A stretch of 62,010 nt of DNA, taken from positions 1 through 62,010 of the forward strand of contig DCUZ01000065.1 of NCBI GenBank assembly GCA_002327305.1, in the 5' to 3' direction. Source of the stretch: Holophagales bacterium UBA2201 (lineage in GTDB: Bacteria > Acidobacteriota > Thermoanaerobaculia > UBA2201). The notes under the pieces were generated by a model. It was not told the origin of the DNA and did not search any database. It saw only the letters and a list, made by a program, of their open reading frames with translations. Shown here piece after piece: positions 45,615 to 55,347 of the stretch (the stretch's first letter is position 1; each line of letters begins with the position of its first letter). The translations under genes were made by a program, and so were the position numbers.

Positions 45615-46811
45615 TCAGCAGGTGGCGCGGTAGCGCCGGAGCCCCTCCTCGAAGCACACCATGGCCTTGCGGATGTCCTCCTCGCAGAGGACATAGGCCA
45701 GGCGCACCTCGTCGTGCCCCAGCGTCGGCGTCCCGTAGAAGCCGTTGCCCGGGGCCACCATCACCGTCTCCCCGCTGTGGTCGAAACGGTCGAGGAGCCA
45801 CTGGGCGAAGTGGTCCGAGTCGGTGACGGGGATCTTGGCGATCATGTAGAACGCCCCCCGGGGCTTCTTCAGCACGACGCCGTCGATGCGGGAAAGGGCG
45901 TCGAACATGGTGTCCCGGCGCCGCTGGTACTCCTCCCGGATGGGGTCGAAATAAGCGGGGTCCATCCGGTAGGCCGCCAGGGCGGCCAACTGCTCCACCA
46001 TGGGCGGGCAGAGACGCGCCTGGGCGAACTTCACCAGCGCCTCCATCACCGCCTCGTTGCGCGTCACCACGCAGCCGATGCGGGCGCCACACGAGGAGAA
46101 GCGCTTGGACACGGAATCCACCACGATGACACGGTCCTCCAGGCCGGGCAGTTCCAGCAGGGAGGTGTGCCTGTAGCCGTCGTAGGCGAACTCCTTGTAG
46201 ACCTCGTCGCCGATCAAAAACAGGTCGTGCTTGACGGCCAGCTTTGCCACCCCCTCCAGCTCCTCGCGGGTGAGGATGGTGCCGGTGGGGTTGTTGGGCG
46301 AGCACAGGAGGATGGCGCGCGTCCGGGGGGTGATCTTTTTCTCGATCTCCTCGACGGGAGGCAGGTGGAACCCCTCCTCGGCCCTGGTCACCAGGGGGAC
46401 GATCCGGACGTCGGCAAAGGAGGCGTAGCCGTTGTAGTTCGTGTAGTAGGGCTCGGGGATGAGGATCTCGCCGCCGGTGTCGGCCACGACCGAGAAGGCG
46501 AAATGGATGGCCTCGCTCCCGGCGATGGAGATGAGGACGTTTTCCGTCTCGATGCCGTATCCATAGCGCTGGAAGTAGCCCGCCACCGCCTGCCGCAATT
46601 CCAGCAGGCCCTGGGAGTGGCCGTAGCTGATGATCTTCCCGTCGAAGTGTCGGATGGCATCGAGGACCGGCGCCGGAGTGGGGATGTCGGGCTGGCCGAT
46701 ATTGAGGTGGTAGACCTTCAGGCCGCGCTTCTTGGCCTCATCGGCGAAGGGGACGAGTTTGCGGATGGGCGAGGCCTGGATGGTGGCGCCCCGCTGGGAG
46801 ACCTTGGGCAT
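45615..46811 (-). CDS. Class I/II PLP-dependent aminotransferase (aspartate aminotransferase-like)
   Basis: NPTG and SVSKRFSSCGARIG motifs. GGAGG RBS. Confidence 0.85.
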   Translation of the reverse strand: MPKVSQRGATIQASPIRKLVPFADEAKKRGLKVYHLNIGQPDIPTPAPVLDAIRHFDGKIISYGHSQGLLELRQAVAGYFQRYGYGIETENVLISIAGSEAIHFAFSVVADTGGEILIPEPYYTNYNGYASFADVRIVPLVTRAEEGFHLPPVEEIEKKITPRTRAILLCSPNNPTGTILTREELEGVAKLAVKHDLFLIGDEVYKEFAYDGYRHTSLLELPGLEDRVIVVDSVSKRFSSCGARIGCVVTRNEAVMEALVKFAQARLCPPMVEQLAALAAYRMDPAYFDPIREEYQRRRDTMFDALSRIDGVVLKKPRGAFYMIAKIPVTDSDHFAQWLLDRFDHSGETVMVAPGNGFYGTPTLGHDEVRLAYVLCEEDIRKAMVCFEEGLRRYRATC

Positions 46812-47131
46812 GGGACCTCCTTGTGAACCTCTTCACCCCATTGTACGGCAGGGAAGCCCCGCCGTCAACCGTTGTCTGTCCGGGGGGAATGCCCCCCCCT
46901 GTTCTCGACGCGCCGGATGGCCAAAATGACGTTCGAGCAGATCCCCATCCGCCTTTATATGGCCGGTCCGGCGCGTCTGACCGATCCGATCTGTCCGCTC
47001 CATGGGAACGGCGAGGCCTCCATTCCCCCCCTTCCGGGTTCCCTCTCCCCGCTCCTTTCCTCCTCCCGCTTGTTCTTGCCAAATCCCCCATTTTCCATTA
47101 AGATAAGCCATCCTCTTGCCAAGGAGCCCCC

Positions 47132-48454
47132 ATGCCCGATCCTGCGCCGGTTTCTTCCTTCCACCCATCCACCCGGCTCTACCGGTTCATTTTCCTGTTT
47201 TTCGTCTCCTTCATGCTCTTCGGCAGCTATTTCGCCTATGATTCGATCGGGGCCATCGCCCCCACCCTGATCCAGGAACTGGGACTGGACCGGGAATTCA
47301 TCGGGACGCTTTACTCGGCTTACTCCCTGGCGGCCATCTTCATCGTCTTCTTCGGCGGGATGCTGGTGGACCGCCTGGGTCTGCGCAAGGCCTCGATCCT
47401 CTTTTCCTTTCTCGTCACCCTCGGGGCCGTCATCGTGGCCCTGGCCCCCAACAAGACCATGCTGTTCGCCGGGCGCTTCATCTTCGGGGCGGGTTCGGAA
47501 TCGCTCGTGGTCGCCGAGATGGCCTTCATCGCCCGGTGGTTCAAGGGCAAGGAACTGGCCCTGGCCTACGGCCTCTCTCTGACGGTGAGCCGCCTGGGGA
47601 CCCTTTTCTCCTTCAACACCGAGGAGCTGATCAGCAACTACTTCGGGAACTACCGCTACGCCCTGTGGGCGGCGGCCCTCCTCTGCGGCGTCTCCCTCCT
47701 CGTCAACGCCCTGGCCAACTGGATGGACCGGCGCGGCGAGCGCGTCCTCGGGCTGGAGAGGGTGGACGCGGGCGACCGGATCGTCTTTTCCGACATCGGC
47801 AAGTTCGGGGCCCGCTACTGGTATGTGGTGGCCCTCTGCGTCACCTTCTACAGCGCCATCTTCCCCTTCACCGCCCTCTCCACCGACATGTTCCACACCA
47901 AGTGGGGCATCCCCACCTCCATCGGGAGCGACGGCGGCTTCCTCGGGCAGGTCTTTTCCTCGTTCCTCCACATGTTCAGCACGGCCCCCGGCATCACTTC
48001 CATCGTCATCTTCGCCTCCATGGTCTTCGCCCCCTTCGCCGGGGGCCTGGTGGACAAGATCGGCCGGCGGGCGTCCCTGATGCTTTTCGGTTCCCTCCTG
48101 CTCATTCCCGCCCACTTCGTCATGGGGGCCACCTCCTGGAACCCCATCCCGGCCATGATCGTCCTGGGGGCGGCCTTCGTCCTGGTCCCCGCCGCGCTGT
48201 GGCCCAGCGTCCCGATGGTGGTGGAGCCCAAGCGAGTGGGGACGGCCTTCGGTCTCCTGACGGCCATCCAGAACGTCGGCCTCATGACCTTCCCCAAGGC
48301 CAGCGGCTACCTGATCGACTCCACCGGCGGCTACGCCGCCAGCCAGTACATGTTCGCCGGCCTGGGCGTGGCAGGGCTGATCTTCGCCTTCCTGCTCCTG
48401 CGGGCCGACCGGCGGGGGGACCACGTCCTGGAGAAGCCGGCCTCCAAAGCTTAG
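47132..48454 (+). CDS. MFS transporter
   Basis: About 12 TM segments. GGMLVDRLGLRK loop motif. AAGGAG RBS. Confidence 0.85.
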   Translation: MPDPAPVSSFHPSTRLYRFIFLFFVSFMLFGSYFAYDSIGAIAPTLIQELGLDREFIGTLYSAYSLAAIFIVFFGGMLVDRLGLRKASILFSFLVTLGAVIVALAPNKTMLFAGRFIFGAGSESLVVAEMAFIARWFKGKELALAYGLSLTVSRLGTLFSFNTEELISNYFGNYRYALWAAALLCGVSLLVNALANWMDRRGERVLGLERVDAGDRIVFSDIGKFGARYWYVVALCVTFYSAIFPFTALSTDMFHTKWGIPTSIGSDGGFLGQVFSSFLHMFSTAPGITSIVIFASMVFAPFAGGLVDKIGRRASLMLFGSLLLIPAHFVMGATSWNPIPAMIVLGAAFVLVPAALWPSVPMVVEPKRVGTAFGLLTAIQNVGLMTFPKASGYLIDSTGGYAASQYMFAGLGVAGLIFAFLLLRADRRGDHVLEKPASKA

Positions 48455-48487
48455 TTCCGAGTTTCGAGTTCAAAGTTTCGAGTTAAG
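48453..48487. repeat. Heptamer tandem array AGTTNNN x5 (agttccg agtttcg agttcaa agtttcg agttaag)
   Basis: Begins inside the TAG stop codon of the MFS gene. Confidence 0.8.
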
Positions 48488-48531
48488 CGGGTCCCTGCCT
48501 GTAGCCCGTGGGCTGGAGCCTGTTGCCTGTT

Positions 48532-49347
48532 TCAGTCCATCAAAAGATAGCGCAGCTCCGACTTTCCCGGGACGATGGCCCGGGCCATTTCCTGGTGAAG
48601 AAACGCATCGGCCCGCTCCACTGCCTCGGGCAAGCCCAGGTCTTTTGCCAGCCCCGCTGCAATGGAGGCCGAGAGGATGCAGCCGGTGCCGTGGAACTCT
48701 CCTTCCAGGCGCGGATATTCGAAGGTCCGCTTCCCCTCCCTGGTGATTAGGACATCCCTGACGATCGGCTGGTTGCCGTGCCCGCCCTTAAGCAAGAACG
48801 GAACATGGAATTGCGCCCAGAGGATCTCAGCCCCCTCGTCAGCGTCCTTGATTGTACAACCGGCCAGGACGGCCGCTTCGTCCAAATTGGGGGTGACGAC
48901 GGCGGCCAGCGGGATCGACTCGGTCAGGAGTGCCTGCGTCGTGTCCTCCAGCCGGAGCGACGCCCCCGAGGTGGCGATGAGGACGGGGTCCACGACAAGG
49001 CGGACATGAGGCCGGGCGCGGAAGAACACCGCAACGGCCCTAATGGCCTCCGCCGTGGGAAGCATCCCCGTCTTTGCGGCGGAGATGTGGAAATCATCGT
49101 CCACGGCCTCCAGCTGAGCCCGCAAATTCTCCAAAGGCGTGGGATGAATGTGCGTGATGCCCCGCGAGTTCTGGGCCGTCATCCCCGTGATGACAGTCAG
49201 TCCGGGCACGCCATGCGCCCGGAACGCCTTGAGGTCCGCCTGGATCCCGGCCCCGCCGGAGGAGTCGGAGCCGGCGACGGTCAGGACGCACGCTTTGCGT
49301 GCGTGCAGTTCAGAGTTCGGAGTTCGGCGATCGGAGCTTATTACCAT
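48532..49347 (-). CDS. thiD: Hydroxymethylpyrimidine/phosphomethylpyrimidine kinase
   Basis: [22 protein letters not shown]. The first ~16 codons are encoded by a heptamer array and a hairpin, so the start is uncertain. Confidence 0.85.
   Translation of the reverse strand: MVISSDRRTPNSELHARKACVLTVAGSDSSGGAGIQADLKAFRAHGVPGLTVITGMTAQNSRGITHIHPTPLENLRAQLEAVDDDFHISAAKTGMLPTAEAIRAVAVFFRARPHVRLVVDPVLIATSGASLRLEDTTQALLTESIPLAAVVTPNLDEAAVLAGCTIKDADEGAEILWAQFHVPFLLKGGHGNQPIVRDVLITREGKRTFEYPRLEGEFHGTGCILSASIAAGLAKDLGLPEAVERADAFLHQEMARAIVPGKSELRYLLMD
49307..49341. repeat. Heptamer tandem array (agttcag agttcgg agttcgg cgatcgg agcttat)
   Basis: Lies within the annotated thiD N-terminus, 30 nt downstream of the stop of the 49372-50082 gene. 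Confidence 0.7.
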
Positions 49348-49371
49348 TTCTTCTTAGTTCCTCGATATCTA

Positions 49372-50082
49372 TTAGCTATCCGTCTTCATGTAAACATCGA
49401 GAAATGGGTTTTGGATCCACATCCCATTATGAAAAACAAAATCCGATTCCGGCCAGATGACATGGTTGATTGGATATTGATCGTAATGTGCAACATCGAA
49501 TTGCGCATCCCCTCCCTTGCTGATGATCCAATAGCCCTTGCTGCTTGAAGAAACCTCAAATGGAACACCCCATCCGTCCTTTAGACCGTCTTTCCATTTC
49601 TCAAGCATGGGCTCTAAGCGTACAACTTCCATCATCGAATGGATTTTAGGATATTCTCCCTTAGCGCACCGGTAATTCTCAATCACTTCTGCAATCGTCT
49701 TGGTATCCGCCATCGTTCGTTTGGCTCTGCTCCTATCCATGGAGCAGAAATCCATGTTAGAAAGTGCAAGCAGAATCACCAACATCATAATGGCAGCGAT
49801 AGAAAACGCGAACCCGACTTGCAAATACAAAATAGGCTTTTCTCGGAACTTGAAATAATAAATGCTTCCAAATAAGCCGATTACAAGTGCGACTGCGAAA
49901 GCGACTATAAGATATTGAAAACACTGCTTATCTAGGATAATCGTTGATGCAAAGTACCGTCGTCCGGCGAATATTCCTATGCACAAGAAGGGCAGTACCA
50001 ACAACGAAAATGCTAGAATAAATGGGAGTAAAGCAAAGGCCTGATTGAATGCGTTGCTGAGTTTCTTGCTTAACACGCTCAC
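49372..50082 (-). CDS. AT-rich membrane protein with C-terminal T2SS GspG-like pseudopilin domain
   Basis: About 4 TM helices. Then RAKRTMADTKTIAEVIENYRCAKGEYP ... DGWGVPFEV...YWIISKGGDAQFD, resembling the GspG globular domain. GTG start. Low GC. Confidence 0.55.
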   Translation of the reverse strand: MSVLSKKLSNAFNQAFALLPFILAFSLLVLPFLCIGIFAGRRYFASTIILDKQCFQYLIVAFAVALVIGLFGSIYYFKFREKPILYLQVGFAFSIAAIMMLVILLALSNMDFCSMDRSRAKRTMADTKTIAEVIENYRCAKGEYPKIHSMMEVVRLEPMLEKWKDGLKDGWGVPFEVSSSSKGYWIISKGGDAQFDVAHYDQYPINHVIWPESDFVFHNGMWIQNPFLDVYMKTDS

Positions 50083-50298
50083 TATTATATTTTAGCATGG
50101 TCACAGCGTTAGCCCATTCGGACCGCAAGGTGAAGCGGACCGGGGCGGCAGCGGTCCGCCCTACGCTCGGACCCGACGTGGGTATGAGGCGCTCGCTCAG
50201 GATTTCGCCCCCGCTCAAGCAACGCTGCCTTGGGCCAGATGGTAGGCGGCCAAGCCCTGGGCAGCGCAGTGCTGACGAAGTCAGTATGATCATCTAAT

Positions 50299-50406
50299 CT
50301 ATTGCGCAGGCCAACGACCCAGATGGTCCGAGGCTGGCGCCGCGCGGGAGGGAAGTATTTGAAGGCTTCCGTTGCAACTAGGACATGTAGCTGCTTTGAA
50401 GGCCAT
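50299..50406 (-). CDS. 35-aa zinc-ribbon-start stub (MAFKAATCPSCNGSLQI...), possibly a gene remnant
   Basis: GGAGGAG RBS 5 nt upstream. A CPxC motif, then low-complexity sequence and a stop. Confidence 0.2.
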   Translation of the reverse strand: MAFKAATCPSCNGSLQILPSRAAPASDHLGRWPAQ

Positions 50407-50511
50407 ATTCTCTCCTCCAACTATAATAACCAATGCGTATTGTTGCTCCATCTCATTGAATTGTCAAGGGGATAGGCAAGAAAAGAGCCCCATCCGCCTC
50501 GCCCTGAACCC

Positions 50512-50889
50512 CTAGTCTCCAGCCCCCGGCCCGGGCCCGCCATGCATTCTGACGCGCCCTTCCTCAACGATCCAAAGCCACCCCTCCACAGGTTCTCGGT
50601 CGAGAAGCGGGATGATTCCGGACAGAATGGTAAGAAGATGCTGCCTGTCCTGAAAAGCCGGTCTTAGAACGATGACACCGGGGTGATGTTCCGGAGGATG
50701 GCGCCGGATGTCGGCAAAGCCGGCATCCAAGGTGATCACCGCGCGATGCTCGTTTGCGGTCAAGGTGGCGAGGGCGGAATCTGATATTCCTTTGATGTCC
50801 TGATCATGGACAGTCAGGGCGTCATGGCCTGCCCCACGGAGGAGTCCGGCGGCTTCTACAGGCAGATTTTCGTCAATTTTGAATTTCAC
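50512..50889 (-). CDS. DUF5615-type PIN-like toxin candidate
   Basis: VKFKIDENLP... typical N-terminus. GTG lies 4 nt after the DUF433 stop. Confidence 0.65.
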   Translation of the reverse strand: MKFKIDENLPVEAAGLLRGAGHDALTVHDQDIKGISDSALATLTANEHRAVITLDAGFADIRRHPPEHHPGVIVLRPAFQDRQHLLTILSGIIPLLDREPVEGWLWIVEEGRVRMHGGPGPGAGD

Positions 50890-50893
50890 CCTA

Positions 50894-51420
<527 letters not shown>

Positions 51421-51530
51421 GGTTTTCTCCTTTCAAAGTTAATGCTACCAGAACCGCAGGGCCATTGCAACGGCGCGGGGTCCGTTTCCGGAGGGACGGA
51501 ACGCGCCCTCCAGCCGTGGGGCGGGGGCCT

Positions 51531-51565
51531 AAAAACGAAAAGGGCGAACCCATCGGGCCGCCCTT
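51531..51565 (-). terminator. Rho-independent terminator after efp
   Basis: Stem AAGGGCG/CGCCCTT (51540-51546/51559-51565), followed on the minus strand by TTCGTTTTT. Confidence 0.65.
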
Positions 51566-51623
51566 GCATCGCATCTTATTAAGCCTTCCCGCGTTCCCGC
51601 GTTAAGCCTTCCCGCGAGCGCGC

Positions 51624-52184
51624 TCAGGCGCGCTCTAAGTATTTCCCGTCGCGGGTGTCCACCTTGATCTTCTGCCCGACGTCCACGAACTGCGGCACCT
51701 GGACGACGAGGCCGGTGTTGGTCTTGGCCGGTTTGTAGGAGGCCGTGGCGGTGGCCCCCTTGAGCTGGGGCTGGGTCTCGATCACCTCCAGGACGACCGT
51801 GGTGGGGAGGTCCACGGAAACGGGGTTCCCCTCGTAAAAGAACATCGACACTTCCTGGTCCGGCAGAAGGTACGGAAGGGCCTCGCCCAGGGCCTCGTCC
51901 TGCAGGGCCATCTGGTCGTAGGTCTCGGTATTCATGAAATGGTGGCCATGGGGGTCCGAGTAGAGGTATTGCATCGTGTGCTGGTCCAGCTCGGCCTTCT
52001 CCACCTTGTCGTCGCTGGAGAACCGCTTCTCCACCTGGGAGCCGGTCTTGAGGTTGCGCATCTTGACGTGGATGATGGCGCGCCAGTTTCCGGGGGTGAC
52101 ATGGTCCATGGTCATGACGCGGTGCAGGGTCCCCTCGTACTGCAGGATCATCCCCGACCGGATCTGGGTGGCGTTGATGAGCAT
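51624..52184 (-). CDS. efp: Elongation factor P
   Basis: MLINATQIRSGMIL...KPAKTNTG.. conserved EF-P sequence. Confidence 0.95.
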   Translation of the reverse strand: MLINATQIRSGMILQYEGTLHRVMTMDHVTPGNWRAIIHVKMRNLKTGSQVEKRFSSDDKVEKAELDQHTMQYLYSDPHGHHFMNTETYDQMALQDEALGEALPYLLPDQEVSMFFYEGNPVSVDLPTTVVLEVIETQPQLKGATATASYKPAKTNTGLVVQVPQFVDVGQKIKVDTRDGKYLERA

Positions 52185-52188
52185 GGGG

Positions 52189-52728
52189 CTAATCGACCTT
52201 GGCGGCCTTCTTGGCTGGGGCCTTGGCCTTCGGCTCCGCTTTGGGCTTGGCCGTTGGCTTCTTTTCCGCCCCGGCCTTGGGCTTGGACTTGCTCTCGGGG
52301 GCCTTCTTCTCGGCCTTGCCTTCGGCCGCCGCTTTCTCCTTGCCCTTCCCCTTCTTGGCCTTGGGCTTGAACTTGAAGTCCACGAACTCCAGGATGGCCT
52401 CCTCGGCCGCGTCGCCGCGGCGGACCCCCAGCTTCAGGATGCGGGTGTAGCCGCCCGAGCGGTCGATGAACCGCGGCGCGACCTCCTCGAACACCTTCTT
52501 GACCAGGGCGTGGTCGGGAAGGTACCGGTACACCATCCGCTTGGAATGGAGGCTTTCCCTCTTGCTCCAGGTGACGATGCGCTCGGCGAAGGGCTTGATC
52601 TCCTTGGCCTTCTCCACGGTGGTGACGATGCGTCCGGCCTTGAAGAATCCGACCAGGAGGTTCCGGAACATGGCGAGGCGGTGCTTCGTGGTCCGCCCCA
52701 GCTTGCGGGTACCGACGCCGTGTCTCAT
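52189..52728 (-). CDS. rplQ: 50S ribosomal protein L17 with Lys/Ala/Pro-rich C-terminal tail
   Basis: MRHGVGTRKLGRTTKHRLAMFRNL. About 60-aa KAP-rich extension. Confidence 0.95.
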   Translation of the reverse strand: MRHGVGTRKLGRTTKHRLAMFRNLLVGFFKAGRIVTTVEKAKEIKPFAERIVTWSKRESLHSKRMVYRYLPDHALVKKVFEEVAPRFIDRSGGYTRILKLGVRRGDAAEEAILEFVDFKFKPKAKKGKGKEKAAAEGKAEKKAPESKSKPKAGAEKKPTAKPKAEPKAKAPAKKAAKVD

Positions 52729-52731
52729 GGG

Positions 52732-53700
52732 CTATTCTCCTTTGCCGGCCTTGAGGGTGTAGCCGAGGGTCTCCAGGGCCTTGATGATGTCGTCCACCGA
52801 CTTGCGCCCCAGGTTCTTGATGTCCTTGATCTCGTTGTCGGTCATCGAAACCAGCCTCTTGAGGGTGTCGACCCCGGCGTTCTTGAGGCAGTTGATGGCC
52901 CGGGTGGAAATGTCCAGTTCGTCCACGGGCCGGTCCAGCGGATCGTCGACGAAGCCGCGCGGGACCACGAGGGGTTCCTCCTCCTTCTTCCCGTCTCCCG
53001 TGGGTTCGGGCTCCAGCTTGAAGAGGTCCACGTGCTGGTTGAGCAGGCCGGCGGCGTATTGAAGGGCCTCCAGGGGCGAGACGGCGCCGTTGGTCCAGAT
53101 CTCCAGGTCCAGCTTCTCATAGGTGGAAACGCGCCCCACGCGGGCGGGGCTGACGCGGAAATTGACCTTCTTGACCGGGCTGTGGATGGAATCCAGACAG
53201 ACGTAATGCACGTCCAGATCCTCCTCCTTGTTGTCCTCGGCGGAGACATACCCGCGGCTGGATCGGACGCGGCACCACAGTTCCAGCTCCCCATCGGCGT
53301 CGAGCGTGGCGATGGGGCAGGCGGGGTCCACCAGGGTGACGGCGCTGTCGGCGTCGAAGTGGCCGGCCCGGACCAGCTGCTGCCCGGCGATCTTGAGGTG
53401 CAGGATGCGGGGCTCCTCCCCATGCAGGATCATGGGGATATTCTTGAGGTTGAGGACGATGTGCGTCACGTCCTCCTGCACCCCGGGCACGGTGGAGAAC
53501 TCGTGAAGCACCCCGGCGATCTTGACGGCGCTGACGGCCGCCCCGGGGACCGAGGAGAGGAGGATCCGCCGAAGGGCGTTTCCCACGGTGGTGGCCCAGC
53601 CCCGTTCAAAGGGCTGACAGACGAACCGGGTGTACCGCCCGGAGGCGGTATCGGCATGGAAGGCGATCTTCGTGGGCATGTGGAACTTGGGTTCGGGCAT
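52732..53700 (-). CDS. rpoA: DNA-directed RNA polymerase alpha subunit
   Basis: GNALRRILLSS motif. C-terminal domain STRAINCLKNAG. Confidence 0.97.
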   Translation of the reverse strand: MPEPKFHMPTKIAFHADTASGRYTRFVCQPFERGWATTVGNALRRILLSSVPGAAVSAVKIAGVLHEFSTVPGVQEDVTHIVLNLKNIPMILHGEEPRILHLKIAGQQLVRAGHFDADSAVTLVDPACPIATLDADGELELWCRVRSSRGYVSAEDNKEEDLDVHYVCLDSIHSPVKKVNFRVSPARVGRVSTYEKLDLEIWTNGAVSPLEALQYAAGLLNQHVDLFKLEPEPTGDGKKEEEPLVVPRGFVDDPLDRPVDELDISTRAINCLKNAGVDTLKRLVSMTDNEIKDIKNLGRKSVDDIIKALETLGYTLKAGKGE

Positions 53701-53766
53701 TCCCGACCTCCTTGATTACTGCGCGGCGCTGATCCCCCCCACGGGGGGGATGGTTGGATAGATCAT

Positions 53767-54393
53767 CTACTTGGAGTAGAGCTCGACGACCAACTGTTCC
53801 TGGAAGGGCAGCTTCATGTCCTCGCGCGAAGGGACCGCCACCACTTTTCCGGCGTATTCGGTCCGGTCCATCTCCAGCCAGGAGGGGATCCCCCGCCCGC
53901 CCGCCGATTCGAGGTTGGAGAGGATGACGGCGTTGGTCCTGGACTTCTCGCGCAGGACCACCGCGTGCCCCACCCTCACCTCGAAGGAGGGAATGTTGAC
54001 CTTGCGCCCGTCAATCTGGATGTGTCCGTGGCGGACGAGCTGGCGGGCCTGGGACCGGGACGAGGCGAACCCCAGCTGGAAGACCACATTGTCCAGCCGT
54101 CGCTCCAGCAGGGACAGCAGGTTCTCGCCGGTGACACCCTTCATGTTCTGGGCGCGCTCGAACGTGCGGCGGAACTGCTTTTCCATGAGCGCATAGTAGT
54201 TGCGGATCTTCTGCTTTTCCTGGAGCTGGAGTGCGTAGCCGACGACCTTGCGGTTTTTCTGGCCGTGCTGGCCGGGGGCGTAATTGCGCCGCTCGATGGC
54301 GCACTTTTCCTTGTAGCAACGCTCCCCTTTGAGGAAGAGCTTCATGCCGAGGCGTCGGCAGAGGCGGCAGGCGGAACCGGTATAGCGGGCCAA
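53767..54393 (-). CDS. rpsD: 30S ribosomal protein S4
   Basis: MARYTGSACRLCRR... Confidence 0.97.
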   Translation of the reverse strand: MARYTGSACRLCRRLGMKLFLKGERCYKEKCAIERRNYAPGQHGQKNRKVVGYALQLQEKQKIRNYYALMEKQFRRTFERAQNMKGVTGENLLSLLERRLDNVVFQLGFASSRSQARQLVRHGHIQIDGRKVNIPSFEVRVGHAVVLREKSRTNAVILSNLESAGGRGIPSWLEMDRTEYAGKVVAVPSREDMKLPFQEQLVVELYSK

Positions 54394-54404
54394 GGGGGGC
54401 CTCC

Positions 54405-54806
54405 TTAAACGCGGCGCCGCTTGGGCGCGCGGCAGCCGTTGTGCGGGATGGGGGTGGTGTCCCGGATGGACTTGACGTCGATCCCCTCGGCCTGGAGCGA
54501 GCGCAGGGCGCTCTCGCGGCCGGAGCCGGGGCCGTTGATCTCCACCTCGACGCTGCGGACCCCCAGGTCCTTGGCCTGCTTGGCCACATCCTGGGCGGCG
54601 AGCTGCGCGGCGAACGGCGTCCCCTTGCGGGAACCCTTGAAGCCGATCTTCCCGCCCGAGGACCAGGTGAGGACGTTTCCGGCCATGTCGGTGACGGCGA
54701 CGATGGTGTTGTTGAAGGTGGAACGGATGGAAACCCGCGCGTGCGGGAGGACCACCCGGTCCTTCTTCTTGGTCTTCTTTGCGGCGGTTTTCTTCGCTTT
54801 AACCAT
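54405..54806 (-). CDS. rpsK: 30S ribosomal protein S11
   Basis: [14 protein letters not shown] conserved core. Confidence 0.97.
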   Translation of the reverse strand: MVKAKKTAAKKTKKKDRVVLPHARVSIRSTFNNTIVAVTDMAGNVLTWSSGGKIGFKGSRKGTPFAAQLAAQDVAKQAKDLGVRSVEVEINGPGSGRESALRSLQAEGIDVKSIRDTTPIPHNGCRAPKRRRV

Positions 54807-54821
54807 GGTTGCTCCTTCAGC

Positions 54822-55208
54822 CTACTTCTTGGTGGCTTTCTTCTTGCCGGCGATGGCCATGCGCCGCGGCCCCTTCCGGGTGCGGGCGTTGGTGTGCGTC
54901 CGCTGTCCGCGGGTGGGCAGGCCGCGTCTGTGGCGCATGCCGCGGTAGCAGCCGATATCCTGGAGGCGCTTGATGTTGGACGAGACCTTCTGACGGAGCT
55001 CGCCCTCCACCGTGACCTCCTTGTCCTGGATCACCCTGCCGATCATCTGGGTCTGGGCCTCCGAGAGGTCCTTGACCCGGACCTGCGGTTCCACACCGGC
55101 CTGCTTGAGCACCCAAGCCGATTTGGCCGGCCCGATGCCGTAGATGTAGGTCAGGGCGACGTCGATGCGCTTGTTGGGGGGCAGATCGATACCTGAAATA
55201 CGCGCCAT
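54822..55208 (-). CDS. rpsM: 30S ribosomal protein S13
   Basis: [10 protein letters not shown]... Confidence 0.97.
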   Translation of the reverse strand: MARISGIDLPPNKRIDVALTYIYGIGPAKSAWVLKQAGVEPQVRVKDLSEAQTQMIGRVIQDKEVTVEGELRQKVSSNIKRLQDIGCYRGMRHRRGLPTRGQRTHTNARTRKGPRRMAIAGKKKATKK

Positions 55209-55223
55209 AGGGGTCCTCCCGGG

Positions 55224-55337
55224 TTATCCCTGCCGCTGCTTGTGCTTGGGGTTGGCGCAGATGACGCGCACCACTCCCCGGCGGCGGATGATCTTGCACT
55301 TGACGCAGATCTTTTTGACAGAGGCTCGGACTTTCAT
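55224..55337 (-). CDS. rpmJ: 50S ribosomal protein L36
   Basis: Manual translation gives [37 protein letters not shown]. Not in the ORF track because it is under 60 aa. Confidence 0.95.
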   Translation of the reverse strand: MKVRASVKKICVKCKIIRRRGVVRVICANPKHKQRQG

Positions 55338-55347
55338 GGTGTTCCTC

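Noticed and set aside
49348-49371. TPP riboswitch upstream of thiD
   Set aside because: The spacer is only 24 nt. Neither it nor the first 60 nt of the ORF contains the conserved CUGAGA/ACCUGA-type TPP elements.
50100-50300. tRNA, tmRNA or retron ncRNA in the GC-rich spacer segment
   Set aside because: I could not draw a cloverleaf or acceptor/T-arm pattern. No reverse transcriptase gene is adjacent. Only isolated hairpins are present.
51421-51623. Missing hicA partner upstream of the HicB-like gene
   Set aside because: No ORF with an RBS or HicA-like sequence exists in either frame set. The region is occupied by the efp terminator and 15-mer direct repeats (ttaagccttcccgcg at about 51579 and 51602).
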